A stretch of DNA of 61,130 nt, the filler included, from Nemertoderma westbladi (taxonomy: Eukaryota > Animalia > Xenacoelomorpha), in NCBI GenBank assembly GCA_032718475.1. It is 3 parts of 3 records of this genome, joined end to end, with 100 filler letters (N's around TTAATTAATTAA, not from the genome) between each part and the next. Parts side by side here need not be neighbours in the genome. Positions count along the whole stretch, not along the records: positions 19,515 to 48,579 come from JAUCBJ010002361.1; positions 48,680 to 61,130 come from JAUCBJ010001758.1; 1 more part is not named here. One strand, written 5' to 3'. The notes under the pieces were generated by a model. That model searched no databases and had not been told where the DNA came from. It saw only the letters and a list, made by a program, of their open reading frames with translations. A program made the translations under genes and the position numbers. This document shows, in pieces, positions 47,093-59,994 of the stretch (its first letter is position 1; each line of letters opens with the position of its first letter).

Positions 47093-48259
47093 ATTATTAT
47101 GTCGATTTAAATGTATGTTGATTATCTACCTAGGTTTTTTTATTCAATTTTACAAATTATTCAGAAATAAAGAACCTGTTTCACTGGTAAATATTACAGT
47201 AGTTATACAGTAGAATACTGCCTGAATGTCTACACTATTGGTCCTACACTTAATTGCATGGGGTTTGAGGGCAAAAACATTAAAATTGGGATCATCCTAT
47301 TATATTATTTTTAATATTTATTATTATTTTAGTAATATACTTACACATTATTGCATTTGTTGCGATGTTTGCAGGGCCGCATAGTTCCATTCTTCTTCTT
47401 TTTTTATTAGTATAATACTCTATATCATGTACAGTAATTCTTATAATTATTCTCTAATAATTACTCTCTTACTGTATAATAAGACTACTTACTGTATGTT
47501 TCTGCTGGCAACTCTGTACCTTCCGTCAGTAAATCCAACTAACGTCGGCGACTTACAGTAGGTTGCTCGCTGTTGGAAATGGAACCGAAAATCTGACCCG
47601 ATGGGAAGTATTACGCCAACCAGTGCGCTTTGGATGTGGTCTTTTGTTTCCTACGATAGGAACAATGGGGGTGAGGGACTATACAACAATGACGTGGATC
47701 TGCTTGTATCGCAAAGGTTGGCTCATTTAAGGTGAGTAGTAGGGCTACAGGCATTTTATCCATATAAACTACTATTAAGCCTCCGGTACACTTTTAGAAC
47801 GCATCAGATTACTTTATCAAGGATCAAGTATAATAATTTATTTCCTATCTATTAAATTAAATCGTACACAATAAAATAATGTACAATAAAAGAAATGCTA
47901 ATGTGTGGTCTTGGTGCTGCTACTGCAGCCGGCCAATAGCGAAGATAGTATAGCCCAACTGCAGTATCTTATATATACTGGGGGGGGGGGTCCGGGTGGG
48001 GGGGGGGGGGGTGGAGGAGGGGGGTGCCGTGTTTGGTTTATATAATTGTTGAAAAATAAAAAGACAATACTTCAGAGTTGTAAAATTTACTAATGTTTTA
48101 GATAACAGTATTTTAGAACTTAAAATTTTTCCTGTGGATTTCGTCTAGTCTGTTAGAGTTTAGCGAAACAGACATGAAGTAAAATATTTTGGATTTATTT
48201 TTTAATTTTGAATACAATAAGATAGAGTGAGGGAAGGATATAGTAAAGGACTTTTTGAG

Positions 48260-48575
48260 ATAAATATATGCAATTAGTGGAAATCTATTATATTTGAGAG
48301 AACAGTAATTTTTTGTAAGTTCGGGAAAATGAAACTTTGGATATCTTTTCCCGGATATACTGTAGGGTGAGATGTGACATTCCAGATCAGGGGGCCTTGG
48401 AAGCTTAAGGATTGTTGGGTAGACGTGAGTCGGGCAGTTTGTATGTAATAATACCGCGAGAGGAAGAGCATGTACCTGTGTATTGATTCAGTTTTTCTGA
48501 AAAAAAAATATTTTTTTTTCGGGTGTAGACTAATTGGTTTTTTGAATTTTAATTATTTTTTCATATATTTAGCTT
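48260..48575 (-). mobile_element. CR1/L2-group LINE 3' fragment
   Basis: ARLTSTQQSLSFQGPLIWN motif typical of the ORF2 C-terminus. Confidence 0.55.
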
Positions 48576-48579
48576 ATTT

Positions 48580-48679
48580 NNNNNNNNNNNNNNNNNNNNN
48601 NNNNNNNNNNNNNNNNNNNNNNNTTAATTAATTAANNNNNNNNNNNNNNNNNNNNNNNNNNNNNNNNNNNNNNNNNNNN
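48580..48679. other. Artificial contig linker
   Basis: N44-TTAATTAATTAA-N44. Confidence 0.97.
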
Positions 48680-49470
48680 AGGTACTGGAACTACTGCTGC
48701 TCTAAATAATCGGACCTTAAGTTTCCGATTAATTCTCGGTGACTTCCAAATCCTGGAAAGCCTATTCAAGGCTGCCCATGCCTTTCCCTTACGTATTCGA
48801 AGGTCCTCATCTGACTTCCGGATCCATAATCCCAGGTAACAGAAGTCGTCCACATGCTCAAGCATACCATCTTTGAGCTTATGCTCATCCGATCAGAAAC
48901 TTGCTGAGGACTTTCAAAGTTAACTGTCAAAATTTTGGTCTTTCTGGAGTTAATAAAAAGACCAACACTAGAAGCAACATGTTCTAATGAGCTGAGGAGC
49001 CGTTGGGCTCCCTCTAGTGATTCTGAGAGTACTCCTAAGTCATCAGCAAAGTCTAGATCAGTTAGGTACTTGCAGGATTTCCTCGACTTCTGGAGCCAGT
49101 AGGTGGAGTTATCATCACCCCATCATCTTTATAATGATCTAAGGACGTGCGTAGAACATAGTCAACCACAATAATGAACAAGAATGGTGCAAGTGTGTCT
49201 CCTTGGAGGACGCCCCATAACACTTCAAATGGTTCTGTGTCACCGTCAACAGTAGACACAAATGTTGTCGAACCATCGTATACTGATCTAATTGCTGCAA
49301 TAATTTCATCAGGAATCCCATATAATGAAACTATGCTGAACATACGTGAGAGAGAGACTGAATCAAAGCCCTTGAAGAATTTAACAAAGATAACAGCCAG
49401 ATGCCTATCTTTCTTTTTTGATAACTCTTCAATTATCGTTCGGGTATCCTATGGGCTCCATGGTCCCACG
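48680..49470 (-). mobile_element. RTE-group LINE reverse transcriptase fragment (frameshifted)
   Basis: YGIPDEII, GVLQGDTLAPFLFIIVVDYVL, DLDFADDL, DDFCYLG, RKGKAW, RLFRAAV. Confidence 0.88.
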
Positions 49471-49579
49471 AATGCCGAATTGGCCGAATGCCAAAATAAG
49501 GATCACGAGACGAATTACAGATGCTGAAATGTTTGATCCTGTTTAAACACTTAGTTAGTAGGCCTACAACAGGAATAAA

Positions 49580-49897
49580 CCATGCAGTTAGGTGTATAAT
49601 AATACTGTTCGGGTTTGCAGTTAGCACAACATTAATTAGACCTTGCAGTTAGGTGTATAATAATACTGTTCGGGTTTGCAGTTAGATCAACATTAAATAG
49701 ACCATGCAGTTAGGTGTATAATAATACTGTTCGGGTTTGCAGTTAGATCAACATTAAATAGACCATGCAGTTAGGTGTATAATAATACTGTTCGGGTTTG
49801 CAGTTAGCACAACATTAATTAGACCTTGCAATTAGGTGTATAGTAATACTGTTCAGGTTTGCAGTTAGCACAACATTAATAGACAATGCAGTTAGGG
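49580..49897. repeat. 61-bp minisatellite, about five copies
   Basis: gcagttaggtgtataataatactgttcgggtttgcagttag...; unit starts at 49584, 49645, 49706, 49767, 49828. Confidence 0.92.
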
Positions 49898-50798
49898 CTA
49901 TGGTATATGTGTAGTCTTTACCACCCTTGTACTCTAGCGACCTTCCAGAGAATTTGTTAGTTAGGTGTATAGTTGATTTGCATGCGTCTGGAACAGTTAG
50001 CACTTTGGACGAAAAAGAGCACGTTAGCGTTTCGAGTGGTTTGCCGGTAAAGGTGTGTGTGTAAGGTGTGTGTGTAAGGTGTGTAAGGTGTAGGTGTGTA
50101 AGAAAATTTTGTTAGATTATGTCAATTTATCGCCGTTCTGAAAGCTTTATTTATCATCGTTTTATCATTTTTATGTTTAGGAATATTGATGAAATTCATT
50201 CATTGAAATCTACTTTGAAAATGGATTTGAACTTGAAAATTGACTTAGTAACAAGTTCACCTTGTTTATTTCGCTAAGCCACTCTCAACTCATTATTTTT
50301 TCATTGACGTTGATGTTTCACTTTTAGACTTGAAACCACGAAACCACCACACAAACCTACTGTATGGATATGGATATATCATACAAAATACAATACAGCA
50401 ATAGTGTGCTAAAAGTATGTAATGTAGCCCTAGCTACCAGCAATCAGCAGAGATCAGTATATTGCTGTAGCCTATGAGTCTGAGTGTGTTGAGTATGGGG
50501 CGAGCCACGCGGTATCACCACACCTACCATAACCGATGTTCTAAATAATTAATGCATATATATTTTGTACTTCATGTTTGTATTTATATTATTATAATTA
50601 TACTTGAAAAAAACAAATTAATCAACTATTTTTTTTTAATTTAAATATTTATCTACCTGTAAGATATATATCAAATAACAACCAATTAAAGGGAGTCCAA
50701 ACAGTCCAACCTTGTGTGGTGAAATCCAAAAATTACAAGCCAATTATTAGGACAAGACAATTATTAGGCCAATATACAGTATGTAGTAATTTAAGTAA

Positions 50799-52265
50799 TT
50801 AATCTAGTCTCGGTAGAGCTCGGATTTTATACGGTTTAGGTAGAAGTGTTAACCCGGGAACTTGTTCGTGCAAGCTGGGAAGTTGGCCGCTGGCAACCAG
50901 AGTAAATCTATGGAGTAGATGGCTGCTGAAAATTCTAAACTCCATTTGGGCGAGGCGTTCACCAGCGCAGATCCGAGGTCCAACTCCAAACGGAATGAAT
51001 TCATCTCGCTTTCTTATAGTCGAACCGTTTTCCGATAGGAAATGTTGGGGGAAGAATTCATCGGGTTTCTCCCACACTTTCGGGTCTCTTAGAACGTTCC
51101 ACAAGTTGGCCATAATTATATCGCTGGGATAGATTGTGTAATTGTTTAACTTGATTTCTTGAGGAACTCTGTGGGCAAGCGTTGTTGGAGCAATTGCTCC
51201 AAATCTGAGAACTTCTAACAAACAAGCCTCAAAATAGGGCATCTTGGAGAAATCCTCGATGGTTGGAAGTCTGTCTCTACCAACAACTTCATCTAATGTT
51301 CGCTGACATTTCGCTTGAATATCTGGATGTGAAACCATTACGAGGCCAAACCAGTACATGGAGCTAGTGGTTGTTTCTGCTCCAGCAAGGAAAATATCTG
51401 TTATTGACTGTTCCAGGTTGATGTCTGTGTAGAAACATGCCGTATCTTGTTGGCGCAAATCAATCCATTTCTTCTCTTCTATAATGTGACAGTCAATGAA
51501 ATCTCTGGGAGATTCGAAGTCGATCGTCTGACGATGATCTTTTACGAACTTTCGGAACACTATATACATGTTTTCTATATTCCTATACTGATTAACATTA
51601 TCAGAAAGTAATATATTTGAAAGAAACTTGGGTATAGTGAATAGAAATGGATTGATCCGAAAATGTTGATTTACTAATTGTAAAAGGTAATGAAATTCTT
51701 TGTCGTCGTAATCAAATCTGTCGTTAAAGACAACGCTGCTGATAACATTAGAAACAGCTTTCCCGAAGATATTAAACGAATCGAATTCACTGCCATCTAG
51801 TTTAGCGATCCAATCATTCATAAAATCGGCCTCTTCCACAATGCGGTCTTCGAAGCTTCGTTTACCGAGGTAGAATTGTCGCAACACAGACATGAACAAC
51901 TTCCGTTGATGCATCCATACTTTTCCACTGGATAATATAAGGCCATTAGGATTAGGGTTTAATCGACCTGGGCGATGAGAAAATTGGGAACTATTTTCAA
52001 CAAAAGCTTGTCGAATCAAATTAAATGAATTCAAGACAATTATAGAATAGCCAGGGACAGGTAAACTAATGATATCTGAGTTGAGTTCCTTACACCATTT
52101 CGTCCAAGCGATAGTTCTGCCGCCTCGGACTTTCCAAGCATTGAGGAACCCTCCTATGATGGGTAAACCCGGTGGGGATGGAGGTCTAACAACATTGGAG
52201 CGATTCAAAACGAAATATATGATAGTAACAAAACTAATAAAAATCAATATACTGATGAAATCCAT
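50799..52265 (-). CDS. Cytochrome P450, CYP2 clan, single coding exon (~488 aa)
   Basis: N-terminal anchor, PPSPPGLPIIG, WxxxR, AGAETT, EVLR, heme motif PFGVGPRICAG. First ATG is at 52265 (the ORF track starts upstream at a non-ATG codon). Confidence 0.95.
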   Translation of the reverse strand: MDFISILIFISFVTIIYFVLNRSNVVRPPSPPGLPIIGGFLNAWKVRGGRTIAWTKWCKELNSDIISLPVPGYSIIVLNSFNLIRQAFVENSSQFSHRPGRLNPNPNGLILSSGKVWMHQRKLFMSVLRQFYLGKRSFEDRIVEEADFMNDWIAKLDGSEFDSFNIFGKAVSNVISSVVFNDRFDYDDKEFHYLLQLVNQHFRINPFLFTIPKFLSNILLSDNVNQYRNIENMYIVFRKFVKDHRQTIDFESPRDFIDCHIIEEKKWIDLRQQDTACFYTDINLEQSITDIFLAGAETTTSSMYWFGLVMVSHPDIQAKCQRTLDEVVGRDRLPTIEDFSKMPYFEACLLEVLRFGAIAPTTLAHRVPQEIKLNNYTIYPSDIIMANLWNVLRDPKVWEKPDEFFPQHFLSENGSTIRKRDEFIPFGVGPRICAGERLAQMEFRIFSSHLLHRFTLVASGQLPSLHEQVPGLTLLPKPYKIRALPRLD

Positions 52266-52652
52266 TATATTTGAGCCACGTTGTACTGGTACTGTAACAA
52301 TATTGTTATCAATAATCAAATCGCATTATACTGTTATTATATGCCAAACCAAGGCAAGTCAAAGCATACCGGTACAGTGCAGTAGTGCAACAACCCCCTG
52401 CCAGTGCTGCTATCATATTATAACAGTGCATTGAACTGGGGTATACGATGAATAACTGAGAATAAGGGAGAACTTAAAACAACTAGGCCTACAGTACAAT
52501 GCACTATTCCCTTATTGGCTGAAAACAGGAAACTCAGCAATGATGTTAAAATAGAATAGCCTGATGGGATGACTAACAAGACTTAATTTCCGTGCACGGT
52601 ATCTATGCTTGGCCTACTTATCAATGTTCGAAGCAATAAACAAAACGAGATT

Positions 52653-53868
52653 CAATAATTGTGCCGTTTTAATTACGTTTAGATCAATTAAAGACACATT
52701 TATTAAAGCAAATCACTTGAACTAATTAAAAACTATAATGGAATGGGGTATTATGGATTACAGTTGTATATTTTTAAATATAATTATTTAAATCTTATAC
52801 TAGAAAATAATTATTAAACCCATGTTGAAAATGCTGTTTTTTTAACGTAATCAACTTTAATTAACTAATTAACTGAATTTATCTTAGCTTCCAAATTCAA
52901 CATGGAAAATTTCTAAACTTTTGCCAGACTACATGACGTGTACCAAGTTTGGATAGAGACGGCTTTTTCTAACCAAAACAATAAACAATGTTGTTACCAA
53001 TTGAGAGAAAAGAGCAGGTTACAGAGACGGATTATTCCAACCAAAACAATGATGTTACAATTGAGGGAAAGGAGAAGGTTACAGAGACAGATTTTCTAAC
53101 CAAAACCAACTAACAAACACGGCTGTTTTGCCAGTCCTGTCCCTATGATAGCATATATAAGTGCTTTTTAGTGCATTTTATGAATAAAGTATTAAAACAA
53201 CTAATTTGCACTAATTCATGATTGGTTGTAATTTAATCTTTACAACCAATCAGATACATAGTGGCAATAGTTTGTTAAGGGCACTTCTTTAGTTAACGTT
53301 CGCGAGACCATATCGGAGGTCCAAGTATCTTATATCGGCCTTACCGGCCTTCGCAAGCTTATCATACGGAGACATTATTTCAACCGTTGCCTTGTCGCTC
53401 TGCTGATAAATGCTGAGTCATCCATGCAAATTCTATTTCAGACGTGACAGACTACACACATACTATTATTATCGGCATGCTGCATTGCAGCTGCTATTGC
53501 AATAATTGTGCCGTTTTAATTACGTTTAGATAAATTAAAGACACATTTATTAAAGCAAATCTCTTGAACTAATTAAGAACTTTAAATAAATGGGGTATGG
53601 GGATTACTGCTGTATAATTTTTAAGTAATTATTTAAATTTTATACTAGAAAATAATTAATACCCATTAAAAGGCATGTTGAAAATGCTGTTTTTTTAACG
53701 TAATTAACTAATTATACCTGAAATTATCTTAGCTTCTCGAAGGCCACACGCAAATTCAACCTGGAAAATTTATAAACTTTTCCCAGACTACATGTGTACC
53801 AAGTTTGGATAGAGACGGCTTTTTCTAACCAAAACAATAAACAATGTTGTTAACAATTGAGGGAAAGA
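52653..53868. repeat. ~350 bp direct duplication (52653-~53010 and 53500-~53868)
   Basis: Both copies start caataattgtgccgttttaattacgtttagat and run into the reverse-strand 68-bp minisatellite motif. Confidence 0.85.
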
Positions 53869-54073
53869 ATACCTCAATTAGAAAAGAGGGTTCGCTTTAA
53901 TTAAATGCTGCATTTCATCACCATAACTTTCTCCGGGACACTTGTAATACCGAAAGCACAATATATTTTTTAAAAGTGTACTGATATAATATTAACGGCC
54001 TTTCTATAACACCTGATTAATGTATTTCTTTATGTATTAGAAAGAAAATTTTGAGGAATATATATTTTATTAC

Positions 54074-56236
54074 CGATAGCATTTATAGCGGCCCTGGTTT
54101 GTAGAGCAGGAAGACTGGCTGAGAAAGTGTAACCCAAACCCCCAAATCGTTGAGCGTTAACGGTGAATAAGTCGCCACAGGAGAATCCACCGAGTGATCC
54201 TAAAGAAGTCTCCAAGGAACCACAAACTAGGTCGACATCAGATAGACTGACTCCAAGATACTCTGTGACACCACGCCCTGTCTTACCTAGGGAAATTATT
54301 AGTGTTAGTGAAGCGTTTATGCGATAAAAACAAAGTCAATTAAAGTTTCCTTCGGCTGTTAGACCAGGTATTACGCACAAATTTATTTCCATTGTGGTCC
54401 CCCCAAGAGCTATACTCCCCAAATGATTCTCCAATACTAATTTAGCTACAAGGATACAAGCCTTTAATGTATCCGTCCTGTGCCGAAACTAAAATTACTC
54501 TGGTTCCCGTGTGGGGATCGAACCCACGACCTCCGAGAGATGTGAATTCATGCAACGGATTTAACCAATACGCCATGGTGGAACTTGGTAATTTGAAACT
54601 TGGTAATGGAATTTGGTAATACTATAAAGTTTACCTAAAGAATTCTACAACCTAGTAATTATTTATAATATTATTTTAAATTAATAGAAGTAACAATAAT
54701 CAAGCATTCATTACCTAGGCAAAAGAAACTCTTTGATTCATCAACAAACAACCGAGCTTTATATCGGTACTTAAGGTCTATAATTTCTTTAAGAGGTGCG
54801 ATATCTCCATAATCAGCATATAATCCTTCCACAATAATAAAACGACGAATTACTTTCGCTTTACGGGGCTCTTTCTTGTCTTCTATTTCCTGATCTCTTA
54901 GCAACCGTTCCAACGCCATGACATCATTGTGAGGGAACCATTGGACGTTGCTACGCGACGCTACAACGCCCATCTGATTGGCGAACGAGACGCCTTCATC
55001 GACGAATAGAACGTCGCCACGTTTACTGTAGGTGGGAATAGCGCTGGCGACGGCGGCGAAACCGTAGGAGTAGAGGATGGCTTCCTCGGTGTTGGCGAAA
55101 GCCGCTAGGCGGCGCTCCAGTTCCAAATGGACATCGATTGAACCGAAGAATAGACGCGGCCCGCAGGTACCCACACCGTATTCACGCACTGCGCAGGTCA
55201 GTAATTAATTTGGGTTGACCGAGAATCCTGTACAGGATAATAATACCTAAACGGTTTACTCGTTGATATAACTTACTGAAGGTAAAATAGACGAGAACTT
55301 TTTATCCAATAGATCGTTTTTTATGTTTTGGGATTGTGCCGATGACATTGTGTAATTACTGATGTCGCCTAAGTTAATGATGTTAATTACAGTCTTTGCT
55401 TTGATTTAAATTAATTTAAATTGTATTTTTATTTTAAAAAGGCTCTTGTTCTCACTAATATTTTTAAAATTGAGTTAATTAATCTAACTTTTATTAGAAA
55501 ATTAGTAAAAAAATTTAGCTTCCTGTACTACACAGTTCCAGGCCTAGTACTGTACAGTACTATCTGAATACTGGAATTGGCGATAGTGGATAGTGGAGAT
55601 AGTGGATACCACTCCTTGGCATTTCACCACTCGCTTCGTTCGTGCTAAAAACCTGCCAACTCGTGTAAAACTCAACCACTCGGACAGAATAGTTGAAAAT
55701 TCGCTAAATTGAAAATTAGTGAAAAAGCGGTGTTTTGGTACTCTAGGTTTGTTTTGAGTTATAAACCACCAAGCAGAAATTATGCTTAACGATTTACCAG
55801 AAATGGCAAAATTAATATTCCTGATCCAAATTAATTAAAAACCTGTATCGATAGCTGCTTGTTCTAAATCAGCATTGCCAATAAGGCCAGTAAAATTAAA
55901 AGTCGCCAAATTAAGGCATTCGACCCCTTCAATACAAACAGTTTTACCAGCTTTACCAGATTCTATACCCGGAATTTCTATTGGCTGGTTTGGTGTAATA
56001 GGAACCAGGGGTTCTGGTTGCCATTCCTTAATCAATTGGTCCTCCTCTTCTTTGGACAGTTTGAATTGACCAATCACATCATTGGGATTATAACTTTTAG
56101 TGAAAATCAACCGAATAACCCAAACCAGAAGAAGAAATTCAATAATGAGGTGATAAATTGGAACGTTCCAAAGATTGCGAAACAGTTCCAATAATTGGAA
56201 ATTAGTTGAATCAGTTAATAATCCGTCGTCACTCAT
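54074..56236 (-). CDS. SPTLC1: Serine palmitoyltransferase subunit 1 (LCB1); exons 56236-55843, 55188-54715, 54286-54074; C-terminal exon(s) not resolved
   Basis: [52 protein letters not shown]; GT-AG phase-1 junctions preserve the frame. Confidence 0.88.
54485..54584 (-). mobile_element. tRNA-derived SINE head in SPTLC1 intron 2
   Basis: A box tggcgtattgg, B box ggttcgatccc; same family as 4164-4255. Confidence 0.7.
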
Positions 56237-57763
56237 ATTAATATTGATGATGTTGACGGAAAAATATGTTTTATTGTTAACAATGTAAACTAATCCTCAA
56301 CAATGTAGAATAAAATGTTACAAATAAGTTGGCAATATGTTTCTCGCTTACTTAAGAACTTAAGAATGCCTAAAGAAAGTTAAATTATTTTCAGAGTCGA
56401 ATGATTACCTAACAGTTTGACCTTGAACTTCTATAACTTGTTCTTCATTAACAATAGGAAATTGCTTAAAATTTATGAGTATTCAATTTTTCTGATTACA
56501 GAAATAAATATATTACGTATTTCCCTGTATCTGAGGTCTCAAAATAACAGAGGCCTCGACATTATATTTATACATACTGGGGATACTGTACAGTAGAACT
56601 TATTTATGAAATAGCCAAAACATTAGTCCTACATATTACAATTAGGCCTACTACTGTTAAAAAAAATATAATATCATGGACTAATTCTTAAGTGATTTTA
56701 TTTCTTTAATATTATGATATAAATAATTATCGATGCAGGGGATAACTTTATTGTGCCTTACACAACATGTGTAACACTACCATAAACCCTTTTTTGACAG
56801 ATCAGTGGTTAAGTGTGCAATAGCCTACCTTCCAGTATCAGATGAATGCATGTGATTGGGTTGATATTTTGTGGTCTTACACTGGCGCTTGGACTGAGAT
56901 TGACCATGTCAGATGATTTCATATAATAGGCTGAGGGATGAGGTTGCTGACACTAACCAATGAGTGGATTCTTTATAGTGCGTTTGGAGTAGGTAGATGT
57001 CGGCTGATATTGCCACACCTATGGACTGCTACGTTCAATGTTCATATGACGGGCAGGGCAGTCAACCCGTTTCCCGTTCCAGCTTGATTAAAGTTCAACC
57101 ACGCGTTACATTAATGATGAAAGTCCGTATTGCACTATTTTGTAATATGGACTTGTATTACCCGGTGTAAAGTCCGTACTGTATTCAGTGAGAGAGTCCA
57201 TAAACTGCAAGTTGTTGGTCAGCCATGTAGGAGAATGTTAACTTATTTATATTGACAGCAAGGGAGCCAACCAATCTGACCTCCAGGCACTATAATTTCT
57301 ATTTTTCGATTGTATAGGCTTCCGGTATGTTTTAAATGACTACAACTTATTTTTTTCCAGATTAGGCCCTACATAGGTTCGTACATATCCATTGTTCTCT
57401 AATAACATGTCATACACATATTATATTGAAATTTATCATAAAAAAGTTAATTGCGGCAAGGGACCCCCCCCCCCCCCCCCCCCCCCCCCCCACACACACA
57501 CACCCCAACCACCTATCTGGGAATTTGACGTACAACGTCTACTTCTTTATATAATAGTAGCATTTTTGCTTTTTTGTGCTGCAAAAATTTACTGTGATGT
57601 CATATTTGAATAATCGTACATATTATTGCGTTATGCTTTAACAATTCTATAGCCGGCGGATTTATGAGCTCTAATAAAGTACTGTAGATGTATCTCAACA
57701 AGACCACCACAGGGATTAAACAACATAATGTATATTATTGATCCAAGTATTATAAAGTGAATC

Positions 57764-57794
<31 letters not shown>

Positions 57795-58824
57795 TTATGT
57801 AACACACAAAAGCTAATAAAGTTATATGGTAACGTTAATGTCCTAATTTATTGTTGTGTATTACAAATTCCATTTATGTTTTTTGTATATATAATAATAT
57901 TAAGATTTAGTCGTTGTAGAGTTTGTAAACGAGCTTCTTAATTAAATATATTATTTTTGAGATAATAATGTGTTCAGAGATTGTTACGATAAATTTAATA
58001 AATAAATATATTTGATTTTTACCTGTTTACTTTTCACTTGGTTGCATGAAGGTGGAATTATACTGGAATGACTTGGCAGTTATTCTTCTATCTAGTTATT
58101 AACTAACCCCACCTGGCACCAATTCAGTCAGTTCATAGTAAATACCCCCCCCCCCCCCCCCCCCCCATCCATAACATATAACATGCATTGGCTCTGTATT
58201 GATAGCTTTACACCCTATATTTACCGCCGTGAACAATGTTCTATGTAATATAGGTATATATACAGTATTTACTTTATTTATAATATAATAAAAGCTATTT
58301 CCGTGCTCGGGTATAACACAAATACTCATCTTAGGAGATTGGCGTATTTATAGATTTATTAGTAAGTTACCCAAATAAATATAATAATAATTAACAATTG
58401 TACTAAATTCCTCCTTTGATATAAACTTTTGTTGATTAGTTATTTAGAATCTGGCCAAAAGTTTGGTTAGGTGTTTGTTAGACAAACTAAGAAATACAAA
58501 CTTATACTGGCTTATTGTACTATATACTATACTATATAGGCCTACTATTATACTGATATTACCATCTTTAGATGTTTTATTTACATTCTATATTATTATG
58601 ATTGTTTTACATAATTTTTAATCTCACTTAATCCTTGAGTCTGTGTCCCTCGTTCAACTATTACACATTATGACATTTCAATTATTTGTATCATTAAATC
58701 TATAATTTTTATTAAATTAATAAAAAAAAATTCGTTATTTTTATACGAATTATTATAATTAATATATTGTGTTAAGTGATTTTATCTTTAAGTAACTAAC
58801 ATCTTTGAGAAACAAAAATACAAT

Positions 58825-59994
58825 ATGGAAAAGTTTGTTGGTAGTTGGCAAATGATCCGTTCGGAAAATCTCGATGGTTATCTCAAAGCGATGGGTATTG
58901 GATTCGCGATTCGGCAAGTTGCTATTAACTCGAAACCGAAACAATTAATACAAATATTAGAAGACGGTAGCATCTGTATAGAAGTGCATTCCATCAGGAA
59001 AATAGTTCAAACATTTCGAATAGGGGAGGAATTTATAGACAAAAGTAGCCCCTCTGGAAAAACATTCAAAGTAATTATTTTATTGTGATTAATAATTAAC
59101 TGGTCTACGGCCAATTACATGGGATATATCAATTACAATTATAGGTCTAATATATTATAGTGTCACAGTGTCAGTGTCCGAGTGGATAAAGCGCTGGTAC
59201 TGCATTCACAATACCGACGCAGGTTCAAATCCGACGACATTGTTCAGAAATTCCGCAGAAATTCGCACTGTTGTGCAAAACACGTATATAACACATTTAG
59301 TGTAAAGATGTACAATGGGAAGCTGGGTTCGCTTGGGTTGGTTAGTTAGTTATAGAGTGTTTAACTTTGGGAGTTAATGTGGCGCCTTCCCTCTGCATTA
59401 TTATAGGTGCCAGCCAAGAGAGAGGAGCCTTCGGGTTGCCTCAGATGTTTTGAGTTGCACATGGAAACGTTCACCGATAACTTAACTTACAGATGTAATG
59501 TACTGTACTATAACAAATCATTCACATAATTTTTATTTTGAAATAGTCAATTATTTGGAGGTTGGTAGCTGGTAGAATAATTTGGCAACTTATGCCCATA
59601 AAAAAAAACAATGTACCATTATTTTATTAATATTTTAACACATATTACATATATTTTTGTGGATAAATTCTATTTATAATAATAAACCTTATAAAGAAAA
59701 TTAAAGGAAAATGTGTAGTTTTGATCGGACCAAAAGTTGCTTTATTGTTTCGTGTCTAAAATTTATTGGATTTCGTAAATTGATTACTATTTTTTATATC
59801 CACGCTTTTAGACTATTGTGGTTTTGGAAGATGGAAAATTAATAGCTCGATTCGAAGAAGATACAGATGGAGGAGGTCTCACTGGGGAGAATATTAGAGA
59901 AATGATTAATGAAGATGAGTTCAAACTCTCTTTAGGATTAAATTCTCCTGATGGAAATAAAGTAGTTGCAATACGGTATTTTAAAAAACTGTAA
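58825..59994 (+). CDS. Fatty acid-binding protein (iLBP/FABP family); exons 58825-59070 and 59812-59994, 142 aa
   Basis: FVGSWQMIRSENLDGYLKAMG, FRIGEEF; phase-0 GT-AG intron; exon 2 reads TIVVLEDGKL...IRE...VVAIRYFKKL*. Confidence 0.9.
59170..59490 (+). mobile_element. tRNA-derived SINE in the FABP intron
   Basis: A box tgtccgagtgg, B box ggttcaaatcc, core shared with 3355-3420, short aactt tail. Confidence 0.65.

Noticed and set aside
57463-58167. Long poly-C/poly-G runs (also ~4827, ~10480, ~12978, ~47980, ~61070) and the poly-Pro/Gly ORFs they create
   Set aside because: Simple homopolymers common in this sequence; lengths are unreliable and there is no supporting structure.
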